Under the pieces are notes generated by a model. That model saw only the letters and a list, made by a program, of their open reading frames with translations, was not told the origin of the DNA and did no database searches. This document shows, piece after piece, positions 27,826 to 40,534 of a DNA stretch of 57,130 nt (position 1 is its first letter; each line of letters opens with the position of its first letter). This DNA comes from an uncultured Candidatus Melainabacteria bacterium (lineage in GTDB: Bacteria; Cyanobacteriota; Vampirovibrionia; Gastranaerophilales; Gastranaerophilaceae). The stretch covers positions 1 through 57,130 of the forward strand of contig CAMGGL010000001.1 of assembly GCA_946055575.1 (NCBI GenBank), given 5' to 3'. Made by a program: the position numbers and the translations under genes.

Positions 27826-29424
27826 ATGACACAAAATGTCAAGCAATTAAATCCATTTGAACTAAAATCGGCTATTACCAATCTTTTAGCCAAAATTACT
27901 TCTGTTGATGATTTAAAAAACTGTCTTGATGATTTTGAACTATTGGATTCACAAACCGACAAAAAAGTAATTACAAAAGTTCTGTTTAAAGAACTCACAA
28001 ACTCAACACAAGATAAAATCGCAATAATCTGCTTTATGCTTGAACATTTTGTTCCCAAAAACGAACTGATAAACAAATTATGGGAAACATTAAAAAATCC
28101 AAATCTTGAAACAGAAATAAAAATTACTATTCTCAATTTATTAAGAGAACTTGATGCGGATTGGTCTTATGAATCTTGCGAAGAATACCTTGACGATGCT
28201 CAAAGTCTTCTTGACGAAAATACTAAACAATTACTCAATTCGGCAATCATAAACCCTGAAGTTCAAATTGATTTTTTAGATTTTTTGGCATCAATAAGAA
28301 TGCAAGATAAAATAACTTTATTAAACTCATTCAACGAAGATTTTTCATCAGATGCACTTGCAAATATCTTAATTCCGGTTTTTGTATCAGACCCAAACAG
28401 CCCCGCCGGCAAGGAAGCTCTTAAACTTTTAGGGACAACAAAATCACAACTTGCACTCAATGTTTTGGAACAAATGTGTAAACTTGCTAAAGGTGAATTG
28501 TTACAAAGTATTAAGAGAAGTCTTTCAACTCTGAAAATTTCAGGAATGAGAGAAGATAATACAAAAGAATTTTATACTAAAATACTTTCTAACAGCAAAC
28601 CTTACAAATTTTATCTGACTTATCCCGACGGTCACGGAAATCAAGCATTGATTTTTACAAGAATAACAGAAGATGAAAGAATACGTTTTGTTTCAATAGT
28701 GACAAATGTTGATACGGGAATTAAAGACTGTTTCGGATTTTTTGATATTTCAAAATTTGAATGCAATAAAATTTTAGAACGCTTTTTAAGAGATGAAAAA
28801 ACAGTTGATATAAATCCGTCAGAATTTAAAACAATTTTATATAATGCTGAAAAAACAACCGTTGAAAATAATCAAGCAGGTTGGAAATTACCTTATGAAT
28901 ATGTTTGTTGGAAAAATCTGCTTGTAGATATTGATTTTGAGGCGGAAACTATTGAAAATATATTAGCCGAGCAAGTATTACCTACAGAAATTAACAATTC
29001 AATTTTTGAAAAACTTGAACAAATGAAAGTTTCTTCTCATTGGTTTTTGGATTTCCAATATAGCAGCGAATTTGAACAAATGTTAAAAGAGCTAAAAAAC
29101 AGCGAAAATATGGAAAATCTTATACACAAACACCAATCCGAAATTTTTAATGAAGAAGAAAAACTCTCTTGGGACAGAAAGTTAACTATGTCTGCATATA
29201 TGAAATTTGCGATAGGAAAAGATAATGATGCCGGTCAAATATTATCACTTATCAAGGATGAAAACTTAAAAAATGAATTTTATACAAATATATTAAAACG
29301 CAGTATCTACGAGTATTTAACACTTATTAAATACGATAAAAACGCAAATCTAAATAATTTTACAACAGAAGAAATTGATGCAAAAATCAAATATATTGAA
29401 ACGAAGTGGGTAAATCATGTATAA
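27826..29424 (+). CDS. Hypothetical protein (532 aa, soluble, helical-looking)
   Basis: Long ORF packed between the ZBD gene and ruvX, which it overlaps by 8 nt. No recognised motif. Confidence 0.45.
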   Translation: MTQNVKQLNPFELKSAITNLLAKITSVDDLKNCLDDFELLDSQTDKKVITKVLFKELTNSTQDKIAIICFMLEHFVPKNELINKLWETLKNPNLETEIKITILNLLRELDADWSYESCEEYLDDAQSLLDENTKQLLNSAIINPEVQIDFLDFLASIRMQDKITLLNSFNEDFSSDALANILIPVFVSDPNSPAGKEALKLLGTTKSQLALNVLEQMCKLAKGELLQSIKRSLSTLKISGMREDNTKEFYTKILSNSKPYKFYLTYPDGHGNQALIFTRITEDERIRFVSIVTNVDTGIKDCFGFFDISKFECNKILERFLRDEKTVDINPSEFKTILYNAEKTTVENNQAGWKLPYEYVCWKNLLVDIDFEAETIENILAEQVLPTEINNSIFEKLEQMKVSSHWFLDFQYSSEFEQMLKELKNSENMENLIHKHQSEIFNEEEKLSWDRKLTMSAYMKFAIGKDNDAGQILSLIKDENLKNEFYTNILKRSIYEYLTLIKYDKNANLNNFTTEEIDAKIKYIETKWVNHV

Positions 29425-29821
29425 AGTAATGGCAATTGATATCGGAACAAAAAGAATTGGAATTGCGTTAAGCGATTACCTTTTGATGCTTGCAAACGGT
29501 CATTCATACATCCCACGTACACCCGAAGAAAATGCCGTTGAAACAATAATTAAAATTGCAAAAGAGAATAATGTTCAAAAAATTGTTGCAGGAATACCTT
29601 TAAATATGGACGGAACAAAAGGTTCACAGGCAAAAGATTGCGAAGATTTTGCATCAAAAATCAAAGGTTATGAAATAATTTTTGAAGATGAAAGATTAAC
29701 TTCTGACACCGCAGAAGAAAACCTGCGTGCAAAAAAAATAGATTTTAGAAAAGACAAAGGACTAGTTGATATTGAAAGTGCTTGTATTATACTGGAACAA
29801 TACCTGTCAAGAAAAAAATAA
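29417..29821 (+). CDS. ruvX: Putative pre-16S rRNA nuclease / Holliday junction resolvase-like YqgF
   Basis: N-terminus MAIDIGTKRIGIALSD and ~134 aa, typical of the YqgF/RuvX family. Confidence 0.85.
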   Translation: MYKVMAIDIGTKRIGIALSDYLLMLANGHSYIPRTPEENAVETIIKIAKENNVQKIVAGIPLNMDGTKGSQAKDCEDFASKIKGYEIIFEDERLTSDTAEENLRAKKIDFRKDKGLVDIESACIILEQYLSRKK

Positions 29822-29832
29822 GGAGAAAAAAT

Positions 29833-30114
29833 ATGGTTGACGCAAATGATAGTTTTATTGAAATTACTGACGATGATGGTACTGTAATAAAATGTGCATT
29901 ATATGATATAATTGAGTTTGAAAATAAACAATATGCACTTTTGCTTGAGGCTGACACCGAAGAAGAAGACCCTGAAGTTGTATTAATGAGATACACCGAA
30001 GAAGGTGAAGAAAGTTTCTTTGAAACAATCGACGACGATGAAGAATTTGAAAGAGTTTCAAATTACATAGAAAGCCTTGATGTAGAAGAAGATATTGATG
30101 ATGACAATGAATAA
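29833..30114 (+). CDS. DUF1292-family small acidic protein
   Basis: ITDDDGTVIKCALYDIIEFENKQYALLL plus an acidic tail. ruvX-DUF1292 synteny is known from Firmicutes. ATG after AAGGAG. Confidence 0.7.
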   Translation: MVDANDSFIEITDDDGTVIKCALYDIIEFENKQYALLLEADTEEEDPEVVLMRYTEEGEESFFETIDDDEEFERVSNYIESLDVEEDIDDDNE

Positions 30115-30131
30115 GAATAAGGATTAAGATT

Positions 30132-31493
30132 TTGTTTGAAAAATTCACGGAAAAAGCGATTAATGTAATTGTAGAAGCCCAAAATATAGCCATTTACGAC
30201 CATTCTGATAAAGTACTATCGGAGCATTTGTTAATGGCTCTTGTTAAAGAAACAAAGGGTTTTGTTGCTAAAATTTTCAAGAACTATGACATCACCTACG
30301 AAAAAGTAGCACAAGAAATCTACATGACACTTAATATAGAAGAAGCTGATTTAAATTCAGCAATTCCTTTTAGTGATGATTTCAAACGTATTCTTACCAG
30401 AACAATGGATTTAATCGAGAAATCGGGAAATCCGACAGTTCATTATGAACACTTAGTTTTGGCGACCTTAACGGATACACATTCAAAAATACCGCAATAC
30501 ATGGAAAATCTTGGATTTGATATTGAAAAATCACTTCCTTTGATTGAAAAGTTAGTTCAGAGAAAAGTGAAAAAAGATTTTCATCCTGAGTTAGATGAAA
30601 ATAAAGAAAAAGAAATAAACCTTACAAAAGAAACAGATTCTCTGTTCGACAACGAAAAATCTTCAAAAGTATTTGAGCGTGCCGTTGCAAAATTATCTAC
30701 ATCAAACTACGAAATTTTAGGTACAGAACAAATTGTTTCTTCAATTCTTGAAGACAAAAACTCTGATTTGGCAAAAATTCTTGCAAGTTTTGGAATAACA
30801 GAAGAACGCTTTGAAGAAAAATTATCACAAATAAACTCAAGACAAGCAGAATACGAAGGTCGCCAAGTTGTATTCACTCCAAACGCATTCAGAGCAATGA
30901 GCCTTGCTTTGCAAACTGCAAAAGAACTGGGGTCATCTGAAATCTTACCGGAACACATGATTTTGGGATTGTTAAAGACTAAAAAAGGTGTTGCGTATAA
31001 CATTTTAAAAGAATTTCATATCAATGACGACGATTTGGCTCACGGTATTATAAAACCGATAGAAAAGCAAATGCCTGAAACATTAACCATATTACGACTT
31101 GCAAAACAAGAAGCAAGAAGAATTGGCAGAGGTGTTGTCGGAACCGAAATGTTTTTATTAGGGATAATCAGCGAAGGTACAGGTATTGGAGCTGTTGTTT
31201 TAAACGAACTCGAAATAAATATCCGAGATGCAAGAATAATGGTTGAAAAAATAATCGGTTTTGGAAACGAATATTTCGATAATGAAATCGTATTTACAAA
31301 AAGAGCAAAACGAGTTTTGGAAACAGCTTGGGAATATGCAAAAAGACAAAATAAAACCAAAATCGAATCTCAAGATTTACTATACGCAATAACAACTGAG
31401 CCAAATTCTCTGGCAATGCAAGCATTAGAACAACTTGGAACAGATGTTGTTGAAATAAGAGAAGGTATAAAAAAACACCTTGCCAAAAATTAA
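30132..31493 (+). CDS. Clp N-terminal (Clp R) repeat protein, about three tandem N-domains, no AAA+ ATPase
   Basis: MFEKFTEKAINVIVEAQNIA...SEHLLMALV is a ClpC/ClpB-type N-terminus. Similar units recur: FTPNAFRAMSLALQTAKELGSSEILPEHMILGLL and TILRLAKQEARRIGRGVVGTEMFLLGII...FTKRAKRVLETAWEYAK. TTG start. Confidence 0.75.
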   Translation: MFEKFTEKAINVIVEAQNIAIYDHSDKVLSEHLLMALVKETKGFVAKIFKNYDITYEKVAQEIYMTLNIEEADLNSAIPFSDDFKRILTRTMDLIEKSGNPTVHYEHLVLATLTDTHSKIPQYMENLGFDIEKSLPLIEKLVQRKVKKDFHPELDENKEKEINLTKETDSLFDNEKSSKVFERAVAKLSTSNYEILGTEQIVSSILEDKNSDLAKILASFGITEERFEEKLSQINSRQAEYEGRQVVFTPNAFRAMSLALQTAKELGSSEILPEHMILGLLKTKKGVAYNILKEFHINDDDLAHGIIKPIEKQMPETLTILRLAKQEARRIGRGVVGTEMFLLGIISEGTGIGAVVLNELEINIRDARIMVEKIIGFGNEYFDNEIVFTKRAKRVLETAWEYAKRQNKTKIESQDLLYAITTEPNSLAMQALEQLGTDVVEIREGIKKHLAKN

Positions 31494-31494
31494 G

Positions 31495-33156
31495 TTACTG
31501 TTTGTCAACAAGTTTTTTAGAGCGTAAATTTCTATGATATGTTATAGCAAATCTGTGGGCTTCATCTCTTATTCTTTGAATTAAAAACAAAGCGCTTGAT
31601 TCTCTTGGTAGAAGAACAGATTTTGAAATATTAGGCAAGAATACTTCTTCTTGTCGCTTTGCGAGGCTGACAAAATCAATTCCATCCACTCCCATATCCT
31701 TAACAATCTGCATGACACTTGATAGCTGCCCCTTACCTCCGTCTATTATAATCAGGTCAGGCTTTTCCCAACCTTTTTCACCAAGTCTTGAAAGGCGTCT
31801 TGTCAAAACTTCTTTCATAGACATAAAATCATCAGGTTTACCCTCTGTTGATTTAATTTTGAACTTTCGATACTCAGATTTTTTACTTAAGCCGTTGATA
31901 AATGTTACCATTGAAGCTACCGTGTTTGTCCCTTGAATATGCGAAATATCATAACATTCCATTCTGTATGGGAAATTATTTAATCTTAATTTTTCCTTTA
32001 AATATGAACCAATATTATTGAAATCTTCGTTTATTTTGGACATTTTAGAAAGTTTTGCATTATCCAAGATAACACGGGCATTTTTATCGGCAAGCATTTG
32101 CAACTCTTTTCCCTGCACGGATTTCCCGTAACTGATTTTAACTTTTTTACCTGATATTATTTCAAGCCATTTTTCATATAAAGATTTTTCACCTAAAGCT
32201 TCAAGTTCATTTGAAACAATCTTGTCAGGAAATTCCAATGCAAGAGTATTATAATACTCTTTGAAAAAGGTTTCAAAAAATTCTGTTTTATCTTCCGCTT
32301 CAACATCATAAGTAAAATCTTTTTTATCAATCAATCTGCCTTCCCTTATCATCATAATAACAATGGCTAAAATACCGTCTTCATGCTGTAAGGAAATGAT
32401 ATCTTCGTTAAGTTTTGTATTTTCGTATACAACTTTTTGTTTTTCAAGGGTCTTTTGTAAATCCAAATAACTGTCACGAAGTCTTGCGGCCTTTTCATAC
32501 TGTTCAGAATCGGAATATTTTTGGATTTGTTGCATTAATTGTTTCATCAATTCGGACTGTTTCCCGGACAAAAACAATTCTGCCTGATGAACGATAGCTT
32601 TATATTCCTCGCTCGTCACCATATTTTGACACGGTGCGAGACATTTTCCTATATGATAATACAGACAAGGACGTGACTTAAATTTCGGGGTTTTGCATTG
32701 TCTGAGTGGAAAAATCTTTTTTAAAAAATCAAGCGTCGAGTGCATTGCACGAATATCTGTATATGGTCCGTAATATTTACCTTTTTCAGGGTTCATATTA
32801 CGTTTTCTTACAATTGAAATTTTTGGAAAATCCTCGTTTGTAATAAGAAAATACGGATATTTTTTATCATCTTTGAGCAAAATATTATATTTTGGCTTAT
32901 GCTTTTTTATCAAATGACTTTCTAAAATAAGCGCTTCTACTTCCGTGTTTGTAATTATGTACTCAAGATGATCAATTTGCGAAACCAAAACACTCACCTT
33001 AACATTATCATGTTTTCTGTTAAAGTAAGACTTTACACGACGTTTTAAAATTTTTGCCTTCCCAACATAAATAACCTCATTATCGGAATTATAATATATA
33101 TAACATCCGGGTAATGACGGAAGAAGTTTAAGACTTTCGTTCAGTTTCTCATTCAT
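31495..33156 (-). CDS. uvrC: Excinuclease ABC subunit C
   Basis: GIY-YIG N-terminus GCYIYYNSDNEVIYVGKAKILKRRVKSYF, a UvrB-interacting region, and an RNase H-like endonuclease domain (DISHIQG). Confidence 0.92.
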   Translation of the reverse strand: MNEKLNESLKLLPSLPGCYIYYNSDNEVIYVGKAKILKRRVKSYFNRKHDNVKVSVLVSQIDHLEYIITNTEVEALILESHLIKKHKPKYNILLKDDKKYPYFLITNEDFPKISIVRKRNMNPEKGKYYGPYTDIRAMHSTLDFLKKIFPLRQCKTPKFKSRPCLYYHIGKCLAPCQNMVTSEEYKAIVHQAELFLSGKQSELMKQLMQQIQKYSDSEQYEKAARLRDSYLDLQKTLEKQKVVYENTKLNEDIISLQHEDGILAIVIMMIREGRLIDKKDFTYDVEAEDKTEFFETFFKEYYNTLALEFPDKIVSNELEALGEKSLYEKWLEIISGKKVKISYGKSVQGKELQMLADKNARVILDNAKLSKMSKINEDFNNIGSYLKEKLRLNNFPYRMECYDISHIQGTNTVASMVTFINGLSKKSEYRKFKIKSTEGKPDDFMSMKEVLTRRLSRLGEKGWEKPDLIIIDGGKGQLSSVMQIVKDMGVDGIDFVSLAKRQEEVFLPNISKSVLLPRESSALFLIQRIRDEAHRFAITYHRNLRSKKLVDKQ

Positions 33157-33174
33157 ATGTTGATTATAGCATAT

Positions 33175-33543
33175 TTATGCTTCATCATCTTCGTCTTTTT
33201 TAATTTTTTCAACAACCATTTGCGCCATTTCTTTAGCAATAACTTTTTGAGTATCCGCAGGACAATTTTGAAGCATATTCATCGCAGTTCTCAAGGTTGT
33301 ATCAATATCGTACCAACGACCACGTCTATTATCATCCAAACCGGAACCTACCGCAGAAATAATATCATCTACAGCTTCATATTTTTCATCTTCAATATTG
33401 TGTTCAATAATAATCTTAATCAAATTGAGCGCAACTCTTATTTGAGTTTGATCATCAGTTTCTTCAAGTGTTTTAACTGCTTCTGATAAAACCGGATCTT
33501 TGTCGTACCAACGTCTGTACTTGTTTGAGTATTCTTCTTTCAT
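33175..33543 (-). CDS. Hypothetical acidic protein with an internal RWYD repeat (122 aa)
   Basis: Two similar units, RRWYDKDPVLSEAVKTLE and GRWYDIDTTLRTAMNMLQ. GGAGA RBS. Confidence 0.4.
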   Translation of the reverse strand: MKEEYSNKYRRWYDKDPVLSEAVKTLEETDDQTQIRVALNLIKIIIEHNIEDEKYEAVDDIISAVGSGLDDNRRGRWYDIDTTLRTAMNMLQNCPADTQKVIAKEMAQMVVEKIKKDEDDEA

Positions 33544-33576
33544 ACTTGTATCTCCTTTTTTATGTAAGTAACTTTA

Positions 33577-33852
33577 TTATCCTTGTTTAAAAGTCACACC
33601 TTTAGTACCTTTTGGATACTGCCAGCCAATGGACTTTCTTTCACACGCAATACGACAAGCACCGCATTCCAAACAATTTTCATAATTAACAATCAGCGAT
33701 TGCGATTCTTCATTCCATTCATAAACTCCGGCAGGACAAATATATGTACAACACCGACTTTCACACAAACGACATTGTTCATTGTCGGGATTTAAATGAG
33801 ATTTTGTATCAACCGAATATTTTAATGTATACAATTTATCATCTATATTCAT
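33577..33852 (-). CDS. fixX: Ferredoxin-like protein FixX
   Basis: Cys clusters CRLCESRCCTYICPAGVY and CLECGACRIAC. The start ATG overlaps the fixC stop (ATGA). Confidence 0.8.
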   Translation of the reverse strand: MNIDDKLYTLKYSVDTKSHLNPDNEQCRLCESRCCTYICPAGVYEWNEESQSLIVNYENCLECGACRIACERKSIGWQYPKGTKGVTFKQG

Positions 33853-35147
33853 AACAAAATACTCCACAACAACCTGACAATAGCCCATACATCTTTGAAA
33901 AGTTCAGAAATTTTTCTGTCGGTAAAAATACTTTTTATAAATTTATGATAATGATCTTTCTTTGGAACACAATCTGACGAAGTAAACATTTCAAAAAACG
34001 CATTAACTTTTTTCAAATAATACGACAAAAATGCTCTTTTTCTTTGGTGCATAACATCGAACAAATCTTTATATGTTTTCATATCTTTTAAGACAAAAGA
34101 TTTTTGCAGACGTTTTGGATAAGCGGAAAGGGATTTCTTTGAAAAATCTCCGCAATCTAATGCCTCAATTGCAGTTTCTGCAGCAAGTTTTCCGCTAATC
34201 ATAGCAAGATTAGTACCTTCCCAATGAAGATTATTTACAAGCATTGCCGCATCACCGACAATCATAACACCATTATCGACCAACTTAGGAATTTTTTTAT
34301 ATCCGCCCTCAGGAATTAAATGCGCCGAATATTCTTTTAATGTGCCTCCTTCAACCAACGGGGCAATTGAAGGATGCTGTTTAAGTCTTTCAAGCATTTC
34401 AAATGGTCTGTAATTAGCCTCAACCAGTTCATTCAATGTAACGCCAAGCCCGATTGTAATACAATCTTCATTGGTATACATAAAACCTAAACCCAACATT
34501 CCAAGCATTGGACCGCCAAAAATTTCGACAATTGACCCTTCATCATCTTTCAGGTGAAATCTTTGATTTATTGTATCTTTATCAAGTTTTACTACTTCTT
34601 TTACACTCAAAGCAACATCTTTTGTGTCAATATTTTTTCTTAGTCCGATTTGTTTTGCCAAAAGCGAATTTACACCATCTGCAAGAACAACGATATCAGC
34701 ATAATATTCTTCTAATTCAGTCCTTACACCAATAACTTTATTTTTGTCCTTAATTAATTCCCTTACAACTGTTTCTTCAACTATGTAAACACCGGCATTA
34801 CGAGCTTCTTCTGCCATCCAGCGATCAAACTTTGCACGAACAATTGAATAACTTGAATTATCACTTTTACGATAAGAAATATTAGTTGAATCTTTTTCAC
34901 CAAGAATTAAGTAATTATGCTCTATATTTCGCCTTTCTAATGGTGCATTTTTTTCAAAATCAGGAAAAACTTCCTTGACCGCCTGAGTATATATTGCACC
35001 GCCAAAAACATTCTTACTGCCGGCAAAAAGTCCGCGTTCTATCAAAACTACTTCTTTACCAGCCTTTGCAAGCGTAATTGCACAGGCAATACCCGCAGGA
35101 CCTGCTCCGACAACTATTACTTCTGTCTTGTTTTCCGTTTTGTTCAT
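33849..35147 (-). CDS. fixC: FAD-dependent electron-transfer-flavoprotein:quinone oxidoreductase FixC
   Basis: The dinucleotide-binding motif VIVVGAGPAGIACAITLAKAG, the length (~430 aa) and the coupled fixX all fit. Confidence 0.85.
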   Translation of the reverse strand: MNKTENKTEVIVVGAGPAGIACAITLAKAGKEVVLIERGLFAGSKNVFGGAIYTQAVKEVFPDFEKNAPLERRNIEHNYLILGEKDSTNISYRKSDNSSYSIVRAKFDRWMAEEARNAGVYIVEETVVRELIKDKNKVIGVRTELEEYYADIVVLADGVNSLLAKQIGLRKNIDTKDVALSVKEVVKLDKDTINQRFHLKDDEGSIVEIFGGPMLGMLGLGFMYTNEDCITIGLGVTLNELVEANYRPFEMLERLKQHPSIAPLVEGGTLKEYSAHLIPEGGYKKIPKLVDNGVMIVGDAAMLVNNLHWEGTNLAMISGKLAAETAIEALDCGDFSKKSLSAYPKRLQKSFVLKDMKTYKDLFDVMHQRKRAFLSYYLKKVNAFFEMFTSSDCVPKKDHYHKFIKSIFTDRKISELFKDVWAIVRLLWSILL

Positions 35148-35245
35148 AAAACTCCTCTTATTCAGAATTATACACTAAAATCAAAACCTTGTAAAATAGT
35201 AACTCAGATAATAAAAACAGCTTAACATAAGGTAAATTTAAGTAA

Positions 35246-37876
<2,631 letters not shown>

Positions 37877-37896
37877 TAAAATTAAAAATCACTAGA

Positions 37897-37932
37897 AAAA
37901 TGACTTCTATAAAATTTATAGAAGTCATTTTT
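37897..37932 (+). terminator. Intrinsic terminator (bidirectional) after gyrB
   Basis: AATGACTTCTATAAA/TTTATAGAAGTCATT hairpin followed by TTTT. An A-run on the other side also serves the convergent gene. Confidence 0.7.
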
Positions 37933-37952
37933 TATGAAACATTATTTTTCTA

Positions 37953-40388
37953 TTATTTTAAAGGCGTCATTTGTTGAAACATAACAGGTCTGGCATTTAA
38001 TGAAGTGATATTAGCCACTTGCACTTGTTGCTCTTTTTCAGTCGGTTTATTTTTTGGTGCGACTTCGTAAGATTTTATTGAACGCTTACCTGTTAAACGC
38101 TGCATAAATGTGTAATACTTCTTCTTAAATCCTGTTGAATTTTCCTGTTTTGTTTCTATATCAATAAGTTCATCTCTTGTATGAGTTTTACAAGGTTTTC
38201 CAACAGAGGACCTTGTCAAAATTTCACCCAAAGTAGTATCAGTCAAAGTTACCCAACTCATACCAAGTAATGAAGCATTATACTGATTTCTAAATGTTGA
38301 ATTAAATAAATCAATTAACAATGTCTGGTAGAACAATCTTGAACCTTCCTGTACAAATCTTTCTTTGAATTTAGTATTTGCACCATCCTTATCGTTACCG
38401 TTAGATTTCAACATTACCATATTATAGTTATCTGTCATCAAGAACCAAATCGTAGCGATAGATGCCGCAGTTTTAGCAAGATTTGACAGTTCGGCATTTG
38501 AAACACTTGATAAAGAATCTGCGTTAAATGCCTTCAAAAGGTTAATTTGTACATAATCCTTAAATTCTTCCGGCTTAAAGTTTTTCTTCAATGCCTGCCT
38601 GCTGATTTTTTCAAAACTGTTTGCAAGCGCCTCTATATCAGAAAGAGATTTTTTCGGTTTAGCTTTTCTAAACACGCTCATAAGTTTTTCATCTACCATC
38701 CAGTAAGGTAAAGTAACAGTATTCCAAAGGAATTTGAACGGAGCAATAACAAAGTTTACAAGCGGTTTTATTGCTCGATCTTTTTCTTTCAAATCAACTA
38801 TTAACTTTCCGTCTTTTAACGTCTTTAACGAAGAAATACCGACTTGTTCATACTTCTTAGCCAATTCTTCAAAACCGTTTTGCTTAAGAACATCGACAAC
38901 CGCATTAAATTTTTTCGCATCAACAATATAATCTTCTCTTGTCAAATATTTATATAAATCTTTGAAAGGCTTGTATATAACCTTATCCATAAATATATCG
39001 ACAGCGCTGTTCAGTTTCAAATCTTGTTCACTTGTACTTTGGAATTTTTGCAAATCAGTACTTTCTAAATCTTTTGCATATTTTTCAAACGCTGCATCTA
39101 TTTTTAATTTTCCATATTTTTCCGCATTGTTAAGTTTGATATTATCAAAATATTTAAGAGCCGCTTTTTTAACAAAAGGAAGATTTTTGAAACCTTTAAT
39201 GCCATAACCCAATGCCAAAATTCCGGCTGACGCTTTCATTAAAGTATCAAAAGACAATAAAGGTTTTTGCTGTTGTTCTTTTTGTTTATCGTTATTTACA
39301 CTTCCTGTTGAAGAAATCTGTTTGGTTTCAACAGGAGCAATTTTTGATTCCGGAGCTTTATTCCTTTCATTTTCGGCACGAGCTTCTTCAGGTGTCAATC
39401 TTGTAATGTGTTTTCCGTTGGACAAACGAGAAAACATCTCAGTTACCAAAACCGTAATACCTGTTGTTAAGACAATACCAGCCTTTGACTTGTTAATAAA
39501 CTTTTGGAACGCACCCATTGTAATAAGTGTCAAATATCCGCTGGTTAAAATTCTGCTGACTTCTTGCTTAAACCTTATTTTTTGTTCTTTTTGAGCTTCT
39601 GCATGATCATCATCCATCATTCTTGAAAGGTTGTAAGCATCATTTGCCAAAAATACTGCAGGAGGTAATCCTGAAACCAATCTGTTTAATGCTCTTTCAT
39701 GCTTGGTATCATAATTGCCGGATTTCGGGTCAAACATTTTTAATTCAGTTTGAAAAATACTTGAATCCATTTTTTCATCAACTTTTGCCGCAATATTTGC
39801 CATTTCTTCAGGAGTTAAATCTTTGACATTTTTACCCATACGTTTGGCATAAGCTTCTGCAGCAGAGTCAATTTTCATATCTCGATAAGTAATAAGACCG
39901 GTTAAAGAATTAACTTTCGCTTCTATTTTTGAACGTTGTCTTATATTTTTAAATAATTGTCTTTCCAAAGTCTTAGCTGACCAGTTTTTCAAACCCGGAA
40001 CTTTACCCAAAAGTTCAACCAAACCATTCAACATATCTCCCGGTAAAACTTTGAATATATAAATTGCATTATCCCATGCCAAATGAGGTATTGTTTTTTT
40101 GAAAATTTTTATTTCATCACCGTTTACGGAAATAAGATTGGAAGTTTTATCGGCATGCTTTTCCGTGATGTCAGTAAAAAGTTCCCTGCCCATTTCACCA
40201 AGATATTTATCCGCGAACTCGAAAAACTCTTTTTTGCTATAAACCTTATTGAGCTGTTTATAACCTAAAGAAAGACCTTTAAAACTTAAATCCGAATGAT
40301 TTATTTTTAAAGGTCTCTTAATATCTTGATTATTATATTGTAAGTCTTTTTTTAAAGGAGTGAAAAGCGTCTCATTTTTTGAAGACAT
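37953..40388 (-). CDS. Large hypothetical polytopic membrane protein (~811 aa)
   Basis: Start at ATG after AAGGAG (MSSKNETL...). Several hydrophobic segments (YLTLITMGAFQKFI, AGIVLTTGITVLVTEMF, ASAGILALGYGI, AASIATIWFLM). No recognised catalytic motif. Confidence 0.5.
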   Translation of the reverse strand: MSSKNETLFTPLKKDLQYNNQDIKRPLKINHSDLSFKGLSLGYKQLNKVYSKKEFFEFADKYLGEMGRELFTDITEKHADKTSNLISVNGDEIKIFKKTIPHLAWDNAIYIFKVLPGDMLNGLVELLGKVPGLKNWSAKTLERQLFKNIRQRSKIEAKVNSLTGLITYRDMKIDSAAEAYAKRMGKNVKDLTPEEMANIAAKVDEKMDSSIFQTELKMFDPKSGNYDTKHERALNRLVSGLPPAVFLANDAYNLSRMMDDDHAEAQKEQKIRFKQEVSRILTSGYLTLITMGAFQKFINKSKAGIVLTTGITVLVTEMFSRLSNGKHITRLTPEEARAENERNKAPESKIAPVETKQISSTGSVNNDKQKEQQQKPLLSFDTLMKASAGILALGYGIKGFKNLPFVKKAALKYFDNIKLNNAEKYGKLKIDAAFEKYAKDLESTDLQKFQSTSEQDLKLNSAVDIFMDKVIYKPFKDLYKYLTREDYIVDAKKFNAVVDVLKQNGFEELAKKYEQVGISSLKTLKDGKLIVDLKEKDRAIKPLVNFVIAPFKFLWNTVTLPYWMVDEKLMSVFRKAKPKKSLSDIEALANSFEKISRQALKKNFKPEEFKDYVQINLLKAFNADSLSSVSNAELSNLAKTAASIATIWFLMTDNYNMVMLKSNGNDKDGANTKFKERFVQEGSRLFYQTLLIDLFNSTFRNQYNASLLGMSWVTLTDTTLGEILTRSSVGKPCKTHTRDELIDIETKQENSTGFKKKYYTFMQRLTGKRSIKSYEVAPKNKPTEKEQQVQVANITSLNARPVMFQQMTPLK

Positions 40389-40534
40389 GTACTCCTTGTG
40401 GTATCGTTCTTTGTCTATTCGAAATCTCGTTGTCCCATTTATATTCATTTCACACATCCGTTTTTATGTATTTTCTTCCATATTAAAACAAAAAGCAACA
40501 AATTTTTGTCAAAATTTTACGTAAATTTACAATT

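Noticed and set aside
33157-33486. 109-aa plus-strand ORF rich in F/I/N
   Set aside because: It is antisense to the 122-aa ORF at 33175-33543, which has an RBS and operon context. Its composition is typical of a non-coding frame in AT-rich DNA.
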